From positions 2,919 to 66,918 of the forward strand of contig JADJUJ010000024.1 in NCBI GenBank assembly GCA_016710765.1: a DNA stretch of 64,000 nucleotides, in the 5' to 3' direction. The position numbers were made by a program, and so were the translations under genes. The notes beneath the pieces were generated by a model that worked only from the letters and a program-made list of their open reading frames with translations, was not told where the DNA came from and did no database searches. Each line of letters starts with the position of its first letter. Position 1 is the stretch's first letter. This document shows positions 60,465 to 64,000 of the stretch, piece after piece. The DNA is from Lewinellaceae bacterium (GTDB lineage Bacteria > Bacteroidota > Bacteroidia > Chitinophagales > Saprospiraceae).

Positions 60465-61106
60465 TCAGGCGGGGTTGGTTACAGTAGATGTTTTTTTGCG
60501 CTGTTGCCGCCAGTTAAAAAAGAGCAACATCAAACCCAGCGTGAAAAAACCGCCGGGAGGAAGTACCATGATCACCCAGGGTTCGAAACCCTCGCCGAAC
60601 AAGGGTATGTTGAAAAGCGATCCGCTGCCCAGCACTTCCCGAATGATGCCTACACCCAACAAGGCCCCTGTAAAACCCAATCCCATGCCGAGGGCGTCGG
60701 CAGTAGCCAGCCCAACAGGGTTGTGGGAAGCAAAAGCCTCAGCCCTGCACAGAATAATGCAGTTGACAACGATCAGTGCTATGAAGGCTCCCAACTCTTT
60801 GTGAATGTCTGGAAGCCAGGCTGCGAGCAGGAAGTCTACCAGTGATACAAACGTGGCAATAATGACCACATAGGTGGTGATTCTGACCTGTTTGGGAATG
60901 GCTTTGCGCAAAAGGGAAACCAGTATACTTGAAAAAAGCAGTACAAACAGCGTTGCCAATCCCATCGCCAGGCTGTTGATGGCTGTATTGGATACCGCCA
61001 GGGAAGGGCACATGCCCAGCACCATAACGAATATGGGATTTTCTTTCCACAGTCCTTTTATGAATTCAACGGCAAACCGATTGCCTTGGTCCTCGCTTTC
61101 TTTCAT
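60465..61106 (-). CDS. rnfE: Rnf complex subunit E
   Basis: NPIFVMVLGMCPSLAVS and polytopic NqrD/RnfE-type sequence. Position in the operon. Confidence 0.85.
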   Translation of the reverse strand: MKESEDQGNRFAVEFIKGLWKENPIFVMVLGMCPSLAVSNTAINSLAMGLATLFVLLFSSILVSLLRKAIPKQVRITTYVVIIATFVSLVDFLLAAWLPDIHKELGAFIALIVVNCIILCRAEAFASHNPVGLATADALGMGLGFTGALLGVGIIREVLGSGSLFNIPLFGEGFEPWVIMVLPPGGFFTLGLMLLFFNWRQQRKKTSTVTNPA

Positions 61107-61108
61107 GC

Positions 61109-61736
61109 CTATTTATTTTCATGTTGAGTGGCCAAATACGCGGCTATGGGTTGTTCCCATTGTTTGATACCCTTGTTCAATAGTTTCACCACGGCCTTGG
61201 AAGAGATGGTGGCTCCAGTGATGGCTTCCACCTGATTGGGTTTTGCTTTTTCCCCCATTTTTACGACAATAATGCCGGGCTGGGTTTCCAGTTCCTTGAA
61301 ATTGTTCCTAAAGGCCGGGTCTTTTGCAATTTTATCGCCAAGACCAGGTGTTTCCTTGCTTTCCAGCACTTCGAACCCAATGATGGCTTTTTTTTTCGGG
61401 ATCGTAACCGATTATACCCACAATAACATCCTGAAAACCTGTTTCCTGCGTTGGTATGGCAAATCCTTTCAATTGTTGCTGAGCATCGTAACCGGCATAA
61501 ATGGCCTCTCCCTTCGAATTTGGGTCGGGTTCCAGTTTTCCTTCCTTGAGTACCATTTTTTTATTGGAAACAGCACCGGGCAATACCTGATAAATGGCCT
61601 TTTCCAATGCCCTGGCTTTATTGGCTTCTATCAGCGGCAGGGTATACAAATAAGCACCCACCAGGATGAGGCCGGAGAAGAAACCAGCTACACCAAGGGT
61701 GAGTACAAGCCTGACTGAATTTGTTTCCTGGTTCAT
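61109..61736 (-). CDS. rnfG: Rnf complex subunit G; frame broken once
   Basis: N-terminal TM helix, ETPGLGDKI, and FMN-attachment motif AITGATISS. ORFs 61332-61736 and 61109-61369. Confidence 0.8.
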
Positions 61737-61781
61737 AAGTTGTATTCAAAACGTGTTTGGAAATGGGCTCGAGCGTTTCGC

Positions 61782-62782
61782 TCAATGATGACCATAAACA
61801 CGCGTTTTAGTAAATTTATTGATCAGCGGCGCAACGGCATTCATCAGCAAAATGGCATACATCACGCCTTCCGGGAGCCCGCCCCAAACCCTGATGACGA
61901 CAACAAGGGCCCCAATACCTGCACCATAAATCAAAATTCCTTTGGGTGTTAGCGGCGACGTGACCAAATCAGTTGCCATGAACACCCCACCCAGCAGCAA
62001 GCCTCCTGCCATCAACATAAACTGTGGGGGAGGGTAGTGGCCAGGGTTGATGAAGAACAAAAGTGTAGAGAGCAGTGCTACGGTACCGAAAAGGGACAGC
62101 GGTATCCGCCAATTGATCAGCTGCCGATAAACCAAATAAAGGCCAATAACAAAAATAAGCAAGGCACTCGTTTCGCCGATGCAACCACTGGTGTTGCCCA
62201 GGAGGAGGTCTTGCCATGGGGTCATGATATGACTGAACTTCATGCTGGCAAGTGGTGTGGCCCCGCTGATGGCATCAATGGATTGGGTTTTCATAAAGGG
62301 AAGCGCAAGATTCCCGCCCCTGGCCGAAAAATAGAGCCCGTCGGGGTTCGACCAGGTGGTGATCGCACCCGGAAAAGCCGCTTGTAAAAGGCTCTGCCGA
62401 GTAAGGCAGGATTAAAGATATTCTGTCCCAGCCCTCCCCAAAGGGCCTTCCCCAGGCCAATGGCCACCATTCCTCCGATAAAAGTCATCCACAAAGGGAA
62501 GCCCGGCGGCAAGGTGAATGCCAGCAGGATTCCGGTAATTAGTGCAGAACCATCTTTCAAACCGGTTCCCCGAACAGGGCTCTTGTCGAACAGCCACTCC
62601 GCAAACAGGCATGCCACGATGCTTGTTGCCGTCACCAGCAAAGCGCTCAGACCAAAATAGTAGAAACCTGCCATTAGAATTGGCGCCATGCTGAATACCA
62701 CTTCCCACATGATACGAGGCGTACTCGCATCATCATGTAAAAAAGGTGCCGTGGATATGATGGTTTTGTTCGCGTCGGACAT
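61782..62782 (-). CDS. rnfD: Rnf complex subunit D; frame broken once
   Basis: Polytopic, with FMN site DAISGATPLA. ORFs 62291-62809 and 61782-62294. The start MSDANK at 62782 avoids overlap with rnfC. Confidence 0.8.
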
Positions 62783-62786
62783 GCTT

Positions 62787-64000
62787 TTACTTCTTTTGAC
62801 TTTTTTCACGGCTTTTCTTTTCCCGTATCATCGATTTTCCTACCCGAAAGGATTGCACCAGAGGGATTCCTGAAGGACAAACAAAAGAACAGGAAGCACA
62901 TTCGAAGCAGTCCATGACGTTGTTTTCTTCCATTTCATCCCACAAGCCGTGTTTGGCCATCAGGCCCAGCCGGGCAGGATTTAAAAACAACGGACAGGCC
63001 TCCAGGCATCTTCCGCAACGTATACAGCTGTAGGTATCGAACGACTGAACTTCGTTGTCGGTCAGTATCAGTATTCCAGAAGTGCCTTTGACAACGGGAA
63101 CGTCCAGGTTTTTTTGAACCATGCCCATCATTGGCCCCCCCAATAAGATTCTTGGTGTATCAGTGGTGATCCCACCACAATAATCGACCACCTGGTGCAT
63201 TGGCGTACCGATGGGGACAAGGATGTTGGCCGCGCGTTTTACGGCCGTCCCGGTAACGGTGAGCACTCTTTCAATGAGTGGTTTGCCCATTCTGAAATAA
63301 TCGGACAAGGCCGCAACTGTTCCTACATTCGACACCATGGTGCCCACATCCAGCGGGAGTTTGCCAGTAGGTACTTCTTCTCCTAAAATGGCAGTGATCA
63401 TCATTTTTTCAGCGCCCTGGGGATACTTAACCACCAATGGAGCCACTACAATTGGCAATGGGCTTTTGGCCGCGGCTGCTTTCAGGATGGCAATAGCGTC
63501 GGGTTTATTGGCTTCAATCGCTATATAAATGCGTTCCGCTTTTATAAAATGCTGCACGATGTGGATCCCATCCATGAGCGCTTCTGAATATTCAACCATG
63601 ACGCGGTGGTCGCAGGTTAGGAAGGGCTCGCACTCGCAGCCATTGAGCATCAGGTATTTGCAGGATTTTCCTTCGGGAATGGAGAATTTGACGTGGGCAG
63701 GGAAAGCCGCGCCACCCATTCCAACGATACCGGCCTGCTGCACACCATCGATGAACTGCTGGTAGCTCATTTGCTCTACCGGTAAAACAGGGTTTACCTG
63801 CATGCGCTGGGAGGAAAAAGGATCGGTTTTGATTTTGATTGCGGGTTGCATTTGCCCGTTGGGGTGATCAAACAAATCGATGGCAACGACGGTGCCATCA
63901 ACCGGAGCGTGTAGCGCTACAGATACCAGTCCGGCAGCCTCGGCGATCATTTCTCCACGTAAAACCTTTTGGCCCACCTTGACAATAGGCCTGGAGGGTG
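62787..64000 (-). CDS. rnfC: Rnf complex subunit C (N-terminus outside the window)
   Basis: GMGGAAFPAHVK. Two 4Fe-4S motifs, CIRCGRCLEACP and CFECASCSFVCP. The frame is open to the window end. Confidence 0.85.
   Translation of the reverse strand, partial: PSRPIVKVGQKVLRGEMIAEAAGLVSVALHAPVDGTVVAIDLFDHPNGQMQPAIKIKTDPFSSQRMQVNPVLPVEQMSYQQFIDGVQQAGIVGMGGAAFPAHVKFSIPEGKSCKYLMLNGCECEPFLTCDHRVMVEYSEALMDGIHIVQHFIKAERIYIAIEANKPDAIAILKAAAAKSPLPIVVAPLVVKYPQGAEKMMITAILGEEVPTGKLPLDVGTMVSNVGTVAALSDYFRMGKPLIERVLTVTGTAVKRAANILVPIGTPMHQVVDYCGGITTDTPRILLGGPMMGMVQKNLDVPVVKGTSGILILTDNEVQSFDTYSCIRCGRCLEACPLFLNPARLGLMAKHGLWDEMEENNVMDCFECASCSFVCPSGIPLVQSFRVGKSMIREKKSREKSQKK

Overview
This 64-kb chromosomal window looks like a Bacteroidota-type genome: it has T9SS C-terminal sorting domains, a long-form YidC, Na+-NQR plus Rnf, and small GIY-YIG ORFs next to a tRNA. 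Most of it is housekeeping or metabolic. Recognisable genes include RNase R, GH32, GH95, GH25, yidC, nspC, hemH, nqrA-F with apbE and nqrM, an NhaD-type antiporter, a UbiD-family decarboxylase, a carbamoyltransferase/DUF5989/SxtJ/SGNH cluster, a large M64-like T9SS protein, and rnfCDGEA. Three accessory loci stand out. (1) A visibly AT-rich single gene encodes a TIR domain fused to a patatin-like domain (33597-35093), a candidate single-protein defence system. (2) tRNA-Glu is followed by four tandem ~363-bp units (37114-38679). Each unit holds a terminator, a YhbQ-like GIY-YIG ORF and a copy of the tRNA 3' half that carries the same GC-rich hairpin insertion in its T-loop. (3) A seven-gene contractile-injection-system cluster (51227-58106) has a DUF4255 protein, an unknown ORF, sheath, tube, VgrG, PAAR and an AAA+ ATPase. 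It has no recognisable baseplate wedge, tape measure or cargo, and it is interrupted and flanked by repeat-rich DNA. Several MITE-like foldback elements and short repeat families occupy intergenic DNA, and one ~60-nt repeat is shared between the TIR-patatin 3' flank and the CIS 5' flank. Caveat: about 20 genes, including essential-looking ones, have broken reading frames, and every junction I resolved to a base falls in a homopolymer run. This points to indel errors in the assembly rather than real pseudogenes. Exceptions are an ABC exporter missing its signature-motif region and a 3'-truncated rnfA. All calls rest on motif and pattern recognition by eye; no searches were run.
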